Positions 7,973-16,948 of a DNA stretch of 26,821 bases are shown here, one piece after another; position 1 is the stretch's first letter; each line of letters begins with the position of its first letter. A program made the translations under genes and the position numbers. The stretch lies in the UHGV virus genome UHGV-0258232; one strand, given 5' to 3'. This DNA is from a virus. The notes beneath the pieces were generated by a model. That model made no database searches, was not told where the DNA came from, and saw only the letters and a list, made by a program, of their open reading frames with translations.

Positions 7973-8789
7973 GTTAGCTGATTACAGGCCTCAACTGGAG
8001 GTCGTGGAGCATCGCGTGGCAGAACTCGAAGATGGCTACACTCGGACTGCAAACACACTGTTAGAAGCCGCCATGCTTTCTGGACTTACTCTACATCAGT
8101 TACTGATTGTTATGGCTGTGTGGCGCAAGACATACGGTTACAACAAAAAAATAGATTGGATCGGAAACGAACAGTTCGCTGAACTCACTGGCATGGCACC
8201 AACCAAATGCTCTACCGCCAAAAACGAGCTTATCAGAATGGGAGTTCTCATTCAGGTGGGGCGTCAAGTTGGTATGAATACAAACATTTCCGAGTGGAAA
8301 ACGAAAGTTAACGGATTCGGTAAAACATTTACCAATTCGGTAAAACAAACCTTCACCAAATCGGTAAAAAGCAATTTACCGAATCAGTCAAACACAAAAG
8401 ACAATATACAAAAGACAATAAATACAAATACCCCCTTACCCCCTAGCGGGGGCGGCGATGGGCAGGTTAAACCTGAACGTCGCAAGGCAGAACGAATCGA
8501 CTACGAATCCTTCCTGAACGCCTACAACACCGAAGTCGGTGACAGACTTCCACACGCTGTTGCGGTCAACGAGAAACGAAAACGCCGCCTGAAGAAAATC
8601 ATCCCGCAACTGAAAACGCCAAACGTGGACGGTTTCAGAGCGTATGTCAGGGCGTTTGTGCATCAGGCCAAGCCGTTTTACTTCGGAGACAACGACACTG
8701 GCTGGACGGCAGATTTTGATTACCTGCTGAGGGAAGATTCGTTAACGGGAGTACGGGAAGGGAAGTTTGCAGACAGGGGGATTGCATGA
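7959..8789 (+). CDS. Replication initiation protein, O-like (P22 gene 18-like)
   Basis: N-terminus shares the lambda O motif ([15 protein letters not shown]...WRKTYGYNK); iteron-coded repeats [14 protein letters not shown] in the middle; AGGAG RBS. Confidence 0.85.
   Translation: MGVVKLADYRPQLEVVEHRVAELEDGYTRTANTLLEAAMLSGLTLHQLLIVMAVWRKTYGYNKKIDWIGNEQFAELTGMAPTKCSTAKNELIRMGVLIQVGRQVGMNTNISEWKTKVNGFGKTFTNSVKQTFTKSVKSNLPNQSNTKDNIQKTINTNTPLPPSGGGDGQVKPERRKAERIDYESFLNAYNTEVGDRLPHAVAVNEKRKRRLKKIIPQLKTPNVDGFRAYVRAFVHQAKPFYFGDNDTGWTADFDYLLREDSLTGVREGKFADRGIA
8315..8384. repeat. Replication origin iterons inside the initiator gene
   Basis: ATTCGGTAAAACA (8315-8327, 8335-8347), AATCGGTAAAAAG (8359-8371) and inverted TTACCGAAT (8376-8384), followed by an A+T-rich tract (about 8391-8440). 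Confidence 0.75.
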
Positions 8790-10162
8790 GACAGGATATC
8801 GAAGCGAGCGTTATCGGTGGCCTGCTGATTGGTGGATTAACTCCAACTGCCAGTGACGTTCTGGCAACGCTTGAGCCGGAAGCATTTTCAATTCCGCTCT
8901 ACCGGAAAGCCTTTGAGGTTATCCGCAAGCAGGCGAGAAACAGAAACCTAATCGACGCGCTGATGGTTGCCGAAGCGTGCGGAGAGGAGCATTTCACGTC
9001 AATCCTGATGACCAGCAAAAACTGCCCGAGTGCCGCAAACCTGAAGGGATATGCCGGAATGGTCGCGGATAACTATCACCGCCGTCTGGTGCTGGAAATC
9101 ATGGATGAAATGCGTGAACCAATTCAGAGCGGCACCATCGACGTATCGAGTCAGGCGATGGATGAACTTGTAAAGCGTCTCTCAGCCATCAGAAAGCCCC
9201 GTGACGAGGTTAAACCTGTACGGTTAGGGGAAATCATTACTGACTATACTGACACGCTTGACAGGCGTCTGAGGAACGGAGAAGAGTCAGATACCCTGAA
9301 GACCGGAATTGAAGAACTTGATGCCATCACCGGAGGGATGAACGCGGAAGACCTGGTGATAATCGCTGCTCGTCCTGGTATGGGGAAAACCGAACTGGCG
9401 CTGAAGATTGCCGAAGGCGTTGCAAGCCGCGTTATTCCTGGTTCTGACGTCCGGCGCGGGGTATTGATTTTCTCAATGGAAATGAGCGCATTGCAGATTG
9501 CAGAGCGAAGCATTGCCAACGCCGGGAGGATGTCGGTTAGCGTACTGCGAAATCCTGCATCGATGGATGACGAGGGCTGGGCACGTGTTGCTAACGGCAT
9601 GAGTCAGCTTGCAGATTTGGATGTATGGGTAGTCGATGCCTCGCGATTATCGGTCGAAGAAATACGCTCAATCGCAGAACGGCACAAACAGGAAAATCCA
9701 AACCTCTCACTCATCATGGCGGATTATCTTGGCCTGATTGAGAAGCCGAAAGCAGACCGCAACGACCTCGCAATTGCTCACATCTCCGGAAGCCTGAAGG
9801 CGATGGCGAAAGACCTGAAAACACCGGTTATTTCCCTGAGTCAGCTTTCACGCGATGTTGAGAAGCGACCAAACAAACGCCCGACAAACGCAGATTTGCG
9901 TGATTCAGGAAGCATTGAACAGGACGCAGACTCAATCATCATGCTCTATCGGGAAGCGGTATATGACGAGAACAGTAGCGCCGCGCCATTTGCTGAAATC
10001 ATCGTGACGAAAAACCGTTTTGGCTCACTTGGTACGGTTTACCAGCGGTTCTGCAACGGACACTTTGTTGCATGTGACCAGGATGAAGCCAGACAGATTT
10101 GCACAGCATCAAATGCACCTGCTGCGCGTGGCAGACGATATGCACAAGGGGCTGACGTATGA
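8786..10162 (+). CDS. DnaB-family replicative helicase (458 aa), P22 gp12-like
   Basis: Walker [18 protein letters not shown], DnaB-type C-terminal RecA-like core ([24 protein letters not shown]); coupled to the upstream initiator. Confidence 0.9.
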   Translation: MRQDIEASVIGGLLIGGLTPTASDVLATLEPEAFSIPLYRKAFEVIRKQARNRNLIDALMVAEACGEEHFTSILMTSKNCPSAANLKGYAGMVADNYHRRLVLEIMDEMREPIQSGTIDVSSQAMDELVKRLSAIRKPRDEVKPVRLGEIITDYTDTLDRRLRNGEESDTLKTGIEELDAITGGMNAEDLVIIAARPGMGKTELALKIAEGVASRVIPGSDVRRGVLIFSMEMSALQIAERSIANAGRMSVSVLRNPASMDDEGWARVANGMSQLADLDVWVVDASRLSVEEIRSIAERHKQENPNLSLIMADYLGLIEKPKADRNDLAIAHISGSLKAMAKDLKTPVISLSQLSRDVEKRPNKRPTNADLRDSGSIEQDADSIIMLYREAVYDENSSAAPFAEIIVTKNRFGSLGTVYQRFCNGHFVACDQDEARQICTASNAPAARGRRYAQGADV

Positions 10163-10188
10163 CCATCTACATCACTGAGCTTGTAACA

Positions 10189-10219
10189 GGCCTGCTGGTA
10201 ATCGCAGGCCTTTTTATTT
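10189..10219 (+). terminator. Rho-independent terminator after the helicase gene
   Basis: GGCCTGC-TGGTAATC-GCAGGCC hairpin followed by TTTTTATTT. Confidence 0.7.
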
Positions 10220-10234
10220 GGGGGAGGGTAAATC

Positions 10235-10441
10235 GTGGTTGAGTTGATTTTTTCTGCATTGAGGATTCTCGGTGCTATGTGGATGGTAGCGACGTTCATT
10301 GTGGTTGCCAGCAGTTTTGTCCGGTTGGTAGGCGAAGGTAAAGACCTGGTTGGTGTGCTTTTCGGTAGCATTTTTCTGTGGGTGATTATCGGTGTTATGC
10401 CTGTTGTCGTAGCAAAAGTGGCGTGGCGTTTTGTGAGTTAA
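10235..10441 (+). CDS. Small hydrophobic membrane protein (68 aa)
   Basis: GTG start preceded by GGGAGG; almost entirely hydrophobic, about two predicted TM segments. Confidence 0.45.
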   Translation: MVELIFSALRILGAMWMVATFIVVASSFVRLVGEGKDLVGVLFGSIFLWVIIGVMPVVVAKVAWRFVS

Positions 10442-10453
10442 TCGGAGGTTAAT

Positions 10454-10870
10454 GTGAGCAAGTGCCAAAAGTGCAATAACACAGGAATGTGTGATAGCGG
10501 AGGTTCTACTCCTTGGGGAGAGCCGATTTTTATTGAATGTGACTGCCTTATGAAAGATGACGAAAGCAGATGCCAGTTTGAAGAGAGTTGGTTACGACGT
10601 GGGGGCGAATCTTCAGACCTTATCCGTTACCCTGAAAATCACCATGAAATTGGCAGTGGTGATATTGGTGGTCAATACGTGATGGACGATGTTCAAGGCC
10701 ACTGGCAAACGTGGCAGGCATCGAGAGCAGCTATTGAAATTGAGCTGCAAAAGCCAAAGAAAGGCCCACTTCCCGGTGATTATCACATTGGCTATGACTC
10801 AGGTGCAGAATCGCAATACGAAAGCGATGTAGAGGCTATCCGCGCCGCTGGAATCAAAGTGAAGGAGTGA
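10454..10870 (+). CDS. Hypothetical protein with N-terminal Cys-rich (zinc-ribbon-like) motif (138 aa)
   Basis: Track ORF, GTG start after GGAGG; CxxC...C.C cysteine cluster at N-terminus; acidic remainder. Confidence 0.55.
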   Translation: MSKCQKCNNTGMCDSGGSTPWGEPIFIECDCLMKDDESRCQFEESWLRRGGESSDLIRYPENHHEIGSGDIGGQYVMDDVQGHWQTWQASRAAIEIELQKPKKGPLPGDYHIGYDSGAESQYESDVEAIRAAGIKVKE

Positions 10871-11058
10871 GCATGAGTCGACGAAGTAGCTTTTTGGGGT
10901 TTGTAATATTCCTGTCCTGCACTGGTTACATCGTAATCTGGTCAATTTCGAACATTGACCGTGGCGGGAAATATCTCATTGTAATGTTCTTTCCTTTGTT
11001 TCTTGGGTGGTACGCCGCAAGGTTGCTGGAAGAATGGGGTTACAGGCATAAAAAATAA
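10867..11058 (+). CDS. Small membrane protein (63 aa)
   Basis: Track ORF; 4-nt overlap with upstream gene; two hydrophobic segments. Confidence 0.45.
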   Translation: MSMSRRSSFLGFVIFLSCTGYIVIWSISNIDRGGKYLIVMFFPLFLGWYAARLLEEWGYRHKK

Positions 11059-11069
11059 AGGAGTATTCA

Positions 11070-11480
11070 GTGAAGCAAACAATCTTCCTCCGAACTAAGC
11101 AACAACAGCAAGCTGCAATAAATGCCATCCTCGCAACACCACTCGATAAAGACAAGCCAGTCACCATCCGCATTACTGACTACAAGCGCAACCTTGACCA
11201 GAACGCAAAATTTCACGCGATGGTCGCAGATATCGCTAGGCAAGTTCAGTGGCGCGATAAATGGTTAAAACCAGAACAATGGAAGGTTTTGTTGATCAGC
11301 GGTCATGCAGTGGCAACAAAACAGGAAGCTGATGTTTTGCCCGGGCTTGAAGGCGAATACGTCAACATTCGCGAAAGCAGCGCGCAGATGAGTGTGAAGC
11401 GTATGGCAAGTCTGATCGAGTACACAACAGCATGGGCTATTGGTCAGGGTGTCAGATTTACCGACAGGAGGTACGAATGA
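11070..11480 (+). CDS. ninB: NinB-family recombination protein
   Basis: Track ORF 136 aa, GTG start with GGAG RBS; sequence recalled as NinB-like; first recognisable nin gene. Confidence 0.8.
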   Translation: MKQTIFLRTKQQQQAAINAILATPLDKDKPVTIRITDYKRNLDQNAKFHAMVADIARQVQWRDKWLKPEQWKVLLISGHAVATKQEADVLPGLEGEYVNIRESSAQMSVKRMASLIEYTTAWAIGQGVRFTDRRYE

Positions 11481-11653
11481 GGCGACAGCGACGAAGTATC
11501 ACCGACATCATCTGCGAAAACTGCAAATACCTTCCAACGAAACGCACCAGAAATAAACGCAAGCCAATCCCAAAAGAATCTGACGTAAAAACCTTCAACT
11601 ACACGGCTCACCTGTGGGATATCCGGTTGCTAAGACATCGTGCGAGGAAATGA
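11477..11653 (+). CDS. ninE: NinE-like protein (58 aa)
   Basis: Internal ATG overlapping ninB stop (ATGA); starts [23 protein letters not shown] as recalled for NinE. Confidence 0.7.
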   Translation: MRRQRRSITDIICENCKYLPTKRTRNKRKPIPKESDVKTFNYTAHLWDIRLLRHRARK

Positions 11654-12075
11654 CAATGGATTATTCACAGTTAAGTGATTTTGAAATTAACAGACGAGTA
11701 TGTGAGGCTTTAGATATGGAGGAGCATTTCTTCATACCTGATGACGAAGCAGACTTCGATTCTGAGATCCCCACTGACGAAAGAGGTCCTATTTGGCAGA
11801 CGCAAAAAAGGGATATTAATGGCTTCCGTTCTTCAAACGGAAATTGCTTCAATCCTTGCAATAATCCTGAATACGCGTGGCCAATTATCACTGAAAGCAA
11901 AATCAGCACTATGTGGATGACAGCGGAAAAAGAATGGTGCGCATGGTCAGGAGGTGATTTAGAGGAAGGTTGTTGGGAATGGGAAAATATTCCTGGCTAC
12001 TACTTCTGCGGTGAATCTCCACTCCGCGCCGCCATGATTGTATTTCTCATGATGCAGGACGCCAATAATGCTTAG
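11650..12075 (+). CDS. NinX/DUF2591-like protein
   Basis: Track ORF trimmed to ATG overlapping ninE stop (ATGA); Trp/Cys-rich nin-region protein. Confidence 0.55.
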   Translation: MTMDYSQLSDFEINRRVCEALDMEEHFFIPDDEADFDSEIPTDERGPIWQTQKRDINGFRSSNGNCFNPCNNPEYAWPIITESKISTMWMTAEKEWCAWSGGDLEEGCWEWENIPGYYFCGESPLRAAMIVFLMMQDANNA

Positions 12076-12244
12076 CCCATCCCAATCCCTTCAATACCAG
12101 AAAGAAAGCGTCGAGCGGGCATTAACGTGCGCTAACTGCGGTCAGAAGCTGCATGTGCTTGAAGTTCACGTGTGCTCCGATTGCTGCGCAGAACTGATGA
12201 GCGATCCGAATAGCTCAATGTACGAGGAAGAAGACGATGAGTGA
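12068..12244 (+). CDS. ninF: NinF-like small zinc-binding protein (58 aa)
   Basis: Hand-translated [58 protein letters not shown] matches recalled lambda NinF; not in track. Confidence 0.7.
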   Translation: MLSPSQSLQYQKESVERALTCANCGQKLHVLEVHVCSDCCAELMSDPNSSMYEEEDDE

Positions 12245-12506
12245 TTTCTCTGAGCTTATTTCCTTCAAAAAAGACAGAGAAGAAATGCGGACTGAATCTG
12301 TCTATTACGTTCAACACCGGAATAAACGCTCGGTGCTTGATCAGGAGTTGGTTATTACCGGAGGCCTGGCATTCAGAACATATAAGGCCAGCATGGAAAT
12401 GAAGGATTTCCCTAAATGTGGTTCTGAAAGAGAAGCTGCGTTAAAGCTGGCTGAGTGGATGCAGAGAATGGCTGCTGCAATTGAGAATTACTGGAGTGAA
12501 CCATAA
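12237..12506 (+). CDS. Hypothetical nin-region protein (89 aa)
   Basis: Track ORF; overlaps ninF end and abuts next gene; no motif recognised. Confidence 0.5.
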   Translation: MSDFSELISFKKDREEMRTESVYYVQHRNKRSVLDQELVITGGLAFRTYKASMEMKDFPKCGSEREAALKLAEWMQRMAAAIENYWSEP

Positions 12507-12796
12507 TGGCTAACCTACGCAAAGAAGCACGCGGCAGAGAATGCCAGGTACGTATTTACGGAATATGCAATGGTAATCCTGAAACTACAGTTCTGGCACA
12601 TTACCGGATGGCTGGAATTTGCGGAACTGGAATGAAGCCTGACGACCTGATCGGCGCATGGGCTTGTAGCGCGTGTCACGATGAAATCGACCGACGCACC
12701 CATAATCTCGACAACAAAGACGCCAGACTTTACCACCTCGAAGGCGTGATCAGGACGCAGGCGATACTGCTGAAGGAGGGGAAGATTAAACCATGA
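12506..12796 (+). CDS. DUF1364-like Cys/His-rich nin-region protein
   Basis: Track ORF 96 aa; cysteine/histidine pattern (CQVRIYGIC...CGTG...CSACHDE) recalled from DUF1364-family prophage proteins. Confidence 0.6.
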   Translation: MANLRKEARGRECQVRIYGICNGNPETTVLAHYRMAGICGTGMKPDDLIGAWACSACHDEIDRRTHNLDNKDARLYHLEGVIRTQAILLKEGKIKP

Positions 12797-13155
12797 ACGA
12801 ATATCAGTTTGTGCTTCCATACCCGCCGTCGCTGAACACCTACTGGCGAAGACGGGGAAGCCAATACTACATCAGCGATAAAGGCCAGAAATACCGAAAA
12901 GACGTTCAGCAAATCATCCGCCAACTTAAGTTAGACATTTTCACCAAATCACGACTCCGCATCAAAGTCATCGTAGACGTTCCGGACTCCCGCCGTCGCG
13001 ACCTCGACAACATCCTGAAAGGTTTACTCGACTCCCTTATCCACGCCGGATTTGCGGAAGACGACGAGCAATTCGATGACATTCGCGTAATTCGTGGCGT
13101 GAAAGTACCAGGCGGAAGGCTTGGAATAAAAATCACCGAACTGGAGAACGCATGA
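12793..13155 (+). CDS. rusA: RusA-family Holliday junction resolvase
   Basis: LPYPPSLNTYWRRRG...RRRDLDNILKGLLDSLIHAGF...GGRLGIKITE matches recalled E. coli RusA incl. catalytic Asp cluster. Confidence 0.9.
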   Translation: MNEYQFVLPYPPSLNTYWRRRGSQYYISDKGQKYRKDVQQIIRQLKLDIFTKSRLRIKVIVDVPDSRRRDLDNILKGLLDSLIHAGFAEDDEQFDDIRVIRGVKVPGGRLGIKITELENA

Positions 13156-13340
13156 ACGCCACAATTCAAACGATACCAGAGCTTCTTATCCAGACACGAG
13201 GCAATCAGACCGAAGTGGCAAGGATGCTTTCCTGCGCAAGAGGAACAGTGCTCAAGTACAACCGAGACAGCAAAGGCGAGCGTCACGTAATAGTTAACGG
13301 CGTCCTGATGGTCAAACAGGGCAAAAGGGGAAGGCCATGA
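13152..13340 (+). CDS. ninH: NinH-like protein (62 aa)
   Basis: IQTIPELLIQTRGNQTEVARMLSCARGTVLKY resembles recalled lambda NinH; ATGA overlaps both sides. Confidence 0.7.
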   Translation: MNATIQTIPELLIQTRGNQTEVARMLSCARGTVLKYNRDSKGERHVIVNGVLMVKQGKRGRP

Positions 13341-13960
13341 GACTCGAAAGCGCAGCTAAATTTCATTCGCCAAAAAGCCCGATGATGAGCGACTCACCAC
13401 GGGCTACGGCTTCTGACTCTCTTTCCGGTACTGATGTGATGGCTGCTATGGGGATGGCGCAATCACAAGCCGGATTCGGAATGGCTGCATTCTGTGGTAA
13501 GCACGAACTCAGCCAGAACGACAAACAAAAGGCTATCAACTATCTGATGCAATTTGCACACAAGGTATCGGGGAAATACCGTGGCGTTGCAAAGCTTGAA
13601 GGAAATACTAAGGCAAAGGTACTGCAAGTGCTCGCAACATTCGCTTATGCGGATTATTGCCGTAGTGCCGCGACGCCGGGCGCAAGATGCAGAGATTGCC
13701 ACGGTACAGGCCGTGCGGTTGATATAGCCAAAACAGAGCAGTGGGGGAGAGTTGTTGAGAAAGAGTGCGGAAGATGCAAAGGTGTCGGCTATTCAAGAAT
13801 GCCAGCAAGCGCCGCATATCGCGCTGTAACGATGCTAATCCCAAACCTTACTCAACCCACCTGGTCACGCACTGTTAAGCCGCTGTATGACGCTCTGGTG
13901 GTGCAATGCCACAAAGAAGAGTCAATCGCAGACAACATTTTGAATGCGGTCACACGTTAA
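13337..13960 (+). CDS. Q: Late gene antiterminator Q (207 aa)
   Basis: Starts MRLESAAKFHSPKSPMMSDSPRATASDSLSGTDVMAAMGMAQSQAGFGMAAFCGKHELSQNDKQKAINYLMQFAHKVSGKYRGVAKLEGNTKAKVLQVLATFAYADYCRSAATPGARCRDCHGTGRAVDIAKTE, near-identical to recalled lambda Q. Confidence 0.95.
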   Translation: MRLESAAKFHSPKSPMMSDSPRATASDSLSGTDVMAAMGMAQSQAGFGMAAFCGKHELSQNDKQKAINYLMQFAHKVSGKYRGVAKLEGNTKAKVLQVLATFAYADYCRSAATPGARCRDCHGTGRAVDIAKTEQWGRVVEKECGRCKGVGYSRMPASAAYRAVTMLIPNLTQPTWSRTVKPLYDALVVQCHKEESIADNILNAVTR

Positions 13961-14002
13961 CAGCATGATTGCCACGGATGGCAACATATTAACGGCATAA
14001 TA

Positions 14003-14031
14003 TTGACTTTTTGAATAAAGTTGGGTAAATT
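14003..14031 (+). promoter_or_regulatory. Late promoter PR' (with overlapping qut region)
   Basis: TTGACT (14003-14008), 17-nt spacer, TAAATT (14026-14031); flanking sequence matches recalled lambda PR'. Confidence 0.8.
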
Positions 14032-14037
14032 TGACCC

Positions 14038-14234
14038 AACGATGGGTTAATTCGCTCGTTGTGGTAGTGAGATGAAAAGAGGCGGCGCTTACTACCGATT
14101 CCGCCTAGTTGGTCACTTCGACGTATCGTCTGGAACTCCAACCATCGCAGGCTGAGAGGTCTGCAAAATGCAATCCCGAAACAGTTCGCAGGTAATAGTT
14201 AGAGCCTGCACAACGGTTTCGGGATTTTTTATTT
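14038..14234 (+). ncRNA. Short late leader transcript (lambda 6S RNA equivalent), PR' to tR'
   Basis: Interval between PR' and tR' matching the recalled lambda 6S region; 5' end approximate. Confidence 0.5.
14173..14234 (+). terminator. tR' terminator
   Basis: ATCCCGAAAC ... GTTTCGGGAT hairpin with inner GCAGG...CCTGC stem, followed by TTTTTTATTT. Confidence 0.85.
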
Positions 14235-14309
14235 GGGTCAGTCGTATAAAGGTCATTACGGAAGGCTGTTAACCTTCTTATCGTGGTTCGAGTCCACGCT
14301 GTCCCGCCA
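14235..14309 (+). tRNA. tRNA-Asn (anticodon GUU)
   Basis: Cloverleaf folded by hand: acceptor GGGTCAG/CTGTCCC (one U-U mismatch), D-loop with GG, anticodon arm GAAGG-CTGTTAA-CCTTC (GTT), T-arm CGTGG-TTCGAGT-CCACG, discriminator G, encoded CCA. Confidence 0.75.
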
Positions 14310-14314
14310 AATAT

Positions 14315-14390
14315 GCTGGTTTAGCTCCAATGGTAGAGCGGTCGCCTTGTAAGCGAATGGGTAGCGGTTCAAGTCCGTTAACCAGCACCA
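14315..14390 (+). tRNA. tRNA-Thr (anticodon UGU)
   Basis: Cloverleaf folded by hand: acceptor GCTGGTT/AACCAGC, D-arm GCTC-CAATGGTA-GAGC, anticodon loop CTTGTAA (TGT), T-arm AGCGG-TTCAAGT-CCGTT, discriminator A, encoded CCA. Confidence 0.75.
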
Positions 14391-14632
14391 TAACTGAGCC
14401 GTAGCCACTGGCTATCCTGAACTCATCAGTGATAGTTACGCTGCGGCCTTCTACACATGACCTTCGTGAAAGCGGGTGGCAAGAGGCTGCGCTAACAACC
14501 TCCTGCCGTTTTGCCCGTGCATATCGGTCACGAACAAATCTGATTACTAAACACAGTAGCCTGGATTTGTTCTATCAGTAATCGACCTTATTCCTAATTA
14601 AATAGAGCAAATCCCCTTATTGGGGGTAAGAC

Positions 14633-14956
14633 ATGAAGATGCCAGAAAAACATGACCTGTTAGCCGCCATTCTCGCGGCAAAGGAACAAGGCATCGGGGC
14701 AATCCTTGCGTTTGCAATGGCGTACCTTCGCGGCAGATATAATGGCGGTGCGTTTACAAAAACAGTAATCGACGCAACGATGTGCGCCATTATCGCCTGG
14801 TTCATTCGTGACCTTCTCGACTTCGCCGGACTAAGTAGCAATCTCGCTTATATAACGAGCGTGTTCATCGGCTACATCGGCACTGACTCGATAGGTTCGC
14901 TTATCAAACGCTTCGCTGCTAAAAAAGCCGGAGTAGAAGATGGTGGAAATCAATAA
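14633..14956 (+). CDS. S: Class I holin S (107 aa, dual start)
   Basis: [62 protein letters not shown] matches recalled lambda S; Met1-Lys2-Met3 dual-start motif present. Confidence 0.95.
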   Translation: MKMPEKHDLLAAILAAKEQGIGAILAFAMAYLRGRYNGGAFTKTVIDATMCAIIAWFIRDLLDFAGLSSNLAYITSVFIGYIGTDSIGSLIKRFAAKKAGVEDGGNQ

Positions 14957-15416
14957 TCAACGTAAGGCGTTCCTCGATATGCTGGCGTGGTCAGAGGGAA
15001 CTGATAACGGACGTCAGAAAACCAGAAATCATGGTTATGACGTCATTGTTGGCGGAGAGCTATTCACTGATTACTCCGATCACCCTCGCAAACTTGTCAC
15101 GCTAAACCCCAAACTCAAATCAACAGCAGCCGGACGTTACCAGCTTCTTTCCCGTTGGTGGGATGCCTATCGTAAGCAGCTTGGCCTGAAAGACTTCTCT
15201 CCTAAAAGCCAGGATGCTGTTGCATTGCAGCAGATTAAGGAGCGTGGCGCTTTGCCGATGATTGATCGCGGTGATATCCGTCAGGCTATCGACCGTTGCA
15301 GCAATATCTGGGCTTCACTGCCGGGCGCTGGTTATGGTCAGTTCGAGCATAAGGCTGACAGCCTGATTGCAAAATTCAAAGAGGCTGGCGGAACGGTCAG
15401 AGAGATTGAGGTATGA
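14940..15416 (+). CDS. R: Endolysin R, lytic transglycosylase (158 aa)
   Basis: [50 protein letters not shown] matches recalled lambda R incl. catalytic Glu in WSEGT. Confidence 0.95.
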   Translation: MVEINNQRKAFLDMLAWSEGTDNGRQKTRNHGYDVIVGGELFTDYSDHPRKLVTLNPKLKSTAAGRYQLLSRWWDAYRKQLGLKDFSPKSQDAVALQQIKERGALPMIDRGDIRQAIDRCSNIWASLPGAGYGQFEHKADSLIAKFKEAGGTVREIEV

Positions 15417-15850
15417 GCAGAGTAACCGCGATTATCTCCGCTCTGGTTATTTGCTTCATCGTCTGCCTGTCATGGGCTGTTAATCATTACCGTGATAACG
15501 CCATCGCCTACAAAGAACAGCGTGATAAGGCCGCATCCACAATTGCTGACATGCAGAAGCGTCAACGTGATGTAGCAGAACTCGACGCCAGATACACAAA
15601 GGAGCTTGCTGATGCTAACGCGACTATCGAAAGTCTCCGTGCTGATGTTTCTGCTGGGCGTAAGCGCCTGCAAGTCGCCGCCACCTGTGCAAAGTCAACG
15701 ACCGGAGCCAGCAGCATGGGCGATGGAGAAAGCCCAAGACTTACAGCAGATGCTGAACTCAATTATTACCGTCTCCGAAGTGGAATCGACAGGATAACCG
15801 CGCAGGTTAACTACCTGCAGGAATACATCAGGACGCAATGCCTTCGATGA
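15413..15850 (+). CDS. Rz: i-spanin Rz (145 aa)
   Basis: N-terminal TM segment [30 protein letters not shown] as recalled for lambda Rz; periplasmic coiled-coil; central region diverges from lambda. Confidence 0.9.
   Translation: MSRVTAIISALVICFIVCLSWAVNHYRDNAIAYKEQRDKAASTIADMQKRQRDVAELDARYTKELADANATIESLRADVSAGRKRLQVAATCAKSTTGASSMGDGESPRLTADAELNYYRLRSGIDRITAQVNYLQEYIRTQCLR
15606..15797 (+). CDS. Rz1: o-spanin Rz1 lipoprotein embedded in Rz (+1 frame)
   Basis: Track ORF entirely within Rz in another frame; signal peptide, candidate lipobox VSAC, proline-rich mature region ([13 protein letters not shown]). Confidence 0.7.
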   Translation: MLMLTRLSKVSVLMFLLGVSACKSPPPVQSQRPEPAAWAMEKAQDLQQMLNSIITVSEVESTG

Positions 15851-15990
15851 TAGCGATAATTTTACTCATCATCCTTCACATCTGGCTCTGTAGACAGGGT
15901 GGTGATCACTTCTGGAGTGAATCCAGATTAAACATCTCATTGCTGATGCTTGATATTGAGCATCTGGCGCGCGGTAAGGGGCTGCGTTGA
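15847..15990 (+). CDS. Small hydrophobic ORF (47 aa) coupled to Rz stop
   Basis: Hand-translated [47 protein letters not shown]; ATG overlaps Rz stop (ATGA); not in track; may be fortuitous. Confidence 0.25.
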   Translation: MIAIILLIILHIWLCRQGGDHFWSESRLNISLLMLDIEHLARGKGLR

Positions 15991-16014
15991 GATAAGAGCC
16001 AGTTCATTACAAAG

Positions 16015-16040
16015 CCTATCTACTGGTGGGCTTGATAATG
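16015..16040 (+). repeat. Repeated motif copy A (CCTATCTACTGGTGGGCTTGATAATG)
   Basis: About 25-bp motif sharing the core GTGG-CTT(T)GATAATG with a second copy at 16618-16641. Confidence 0.4.
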
Positions 16041-16228
16041 AAACCGGAATTTATTCTGGGTAACCAGTTACGGCAGTACAGCGAAACAACCCAAGCCAGA
16101 AAGTGGGGAAATAACACTGTCAGCCACTGAAAGATGAACCTCCTGCCTTATGGCAAAAAAGATTCTTTGTGGTGGCGGACTGATGGAAAGACATCCTAAT
16201 CAAGCAACCACTCTACAGGGTCATAATT

Positions 16229-16600
16229 ATGAACGACAAGCAAATTGAAAAAGAAATCGCAGCCAAGGGTAAGACGGCGGCTCGCGTTACTCCTGAACAC
16301 ATTGCCAGCATAATCGCCAGCGAACATTACTTTACGGCCGCTGATGGTGCTCGCTTTGCTCATGTGCAGAGAAGCGAAACATACAGCGTAAAAATCCCAG
16401 ACCAGCCTGACGAGCTGGAGCTGCTGACATTCTGCGTTCTGGTGCTGAAGAATGGCTTTACGGTCACCGGGGAAAGCGCCTGCGCCAGCCCAGAGAACTT
16501 CGATGAAGAAATCGGGCGCAAGATTGCTCGCCAGAATGCTGTAAACAAAATCTGGATGCTTGAAGGTTACTTGCTGAAGCAGAAGCTAAGCGAACAGTAG
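16229..16600 (+). CDS. Hypothetical phage protein (123 aa) upstream of terminase
   Basis: Track ORF; no motif identified. Confidence 0.65.
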   Translation: MNDKQIEKEIAAKGKTAARVTPEHIASIIASEHYFTAADGARFAHVQRSETYSVKIPDQPDELELLTFCVLVLKNGFTVTGESACASPENFDEEIGRKIARQNAVNKIWMLEGYLLKQKLSEQ

Positions 16601-16617
16601 TTATTACAAAAGCCATT

Positions 16618-16641
16618 CCCTACAGAGTGGCTTTGATAATG
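16618..16641 (+). repeat. Repeated motif copy B (CCCTACAGAGTGGCTTTGATAATG)
   Basis: Second copy of the GTGG-CTT(T)GATAATG motif; overlaps inverted repeat AAAGCCA...TGGCTTT (16609-16634); 60 bp upstream of the next gene. Confidence 0.4.
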
Positions 16642-16703
16642 GCTTATACCCTACACGGGATAACTTAACTGATATCCCTTTTAACGGATAAACGGAGCCA
16701 ACA

Positions 16704-16946
16704 ATGGCAGAGATTATTCCCATGACTGAAGAACAGAAATTCCAGTTAGAGATTTACAAACTGGTCATGAACCAGAACGCAGCCGCAGAAGAAGCATTTC
16801 AGTTCATTGGCACTGACGAGTTGAAGCTTGAGCTATTCAAAATTCACTTCCAGTCAGGCGGCGCTAATTCAGATATCACTACCCGCACTATCGAAGCGGT
16901 GCGTAAATCGAAGGAAGCGTTATACCTGTTCACCACCGGAGCATAA
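16704..16946 (+). CDS. Hypothetical small protein (80 aa)
   Basis: Track ORF with ACGGAG RBS, immediately upstream of terminase small subunit. Confidence 0.55.
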   Translation: MAEIIPMTEEQKFQLEIYKLVMNQNAAAEEAFQFIGTDELKLELFKIHFQSGGANSDITTRTIEAVRKSKEALYLFTTGA

Positions 16947-16948
16947 AC

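Noticed and set aside
14395-14632. Possible third tRNA or small gene between tRNA-Thr and S
   Set aside because: Sequence matches the recalled lambda untranslated late leader upstream of S; no T-arm-like GTTC(R)A motif or cloverleaf could be folded
13960-14633. Shiga toxin or other virulence cargo at the Q-S locus
   Set aside because: Interval is only about 670 bp and is fully accounted for by PR', tR', two tRNAs and the late leader; no ORF present
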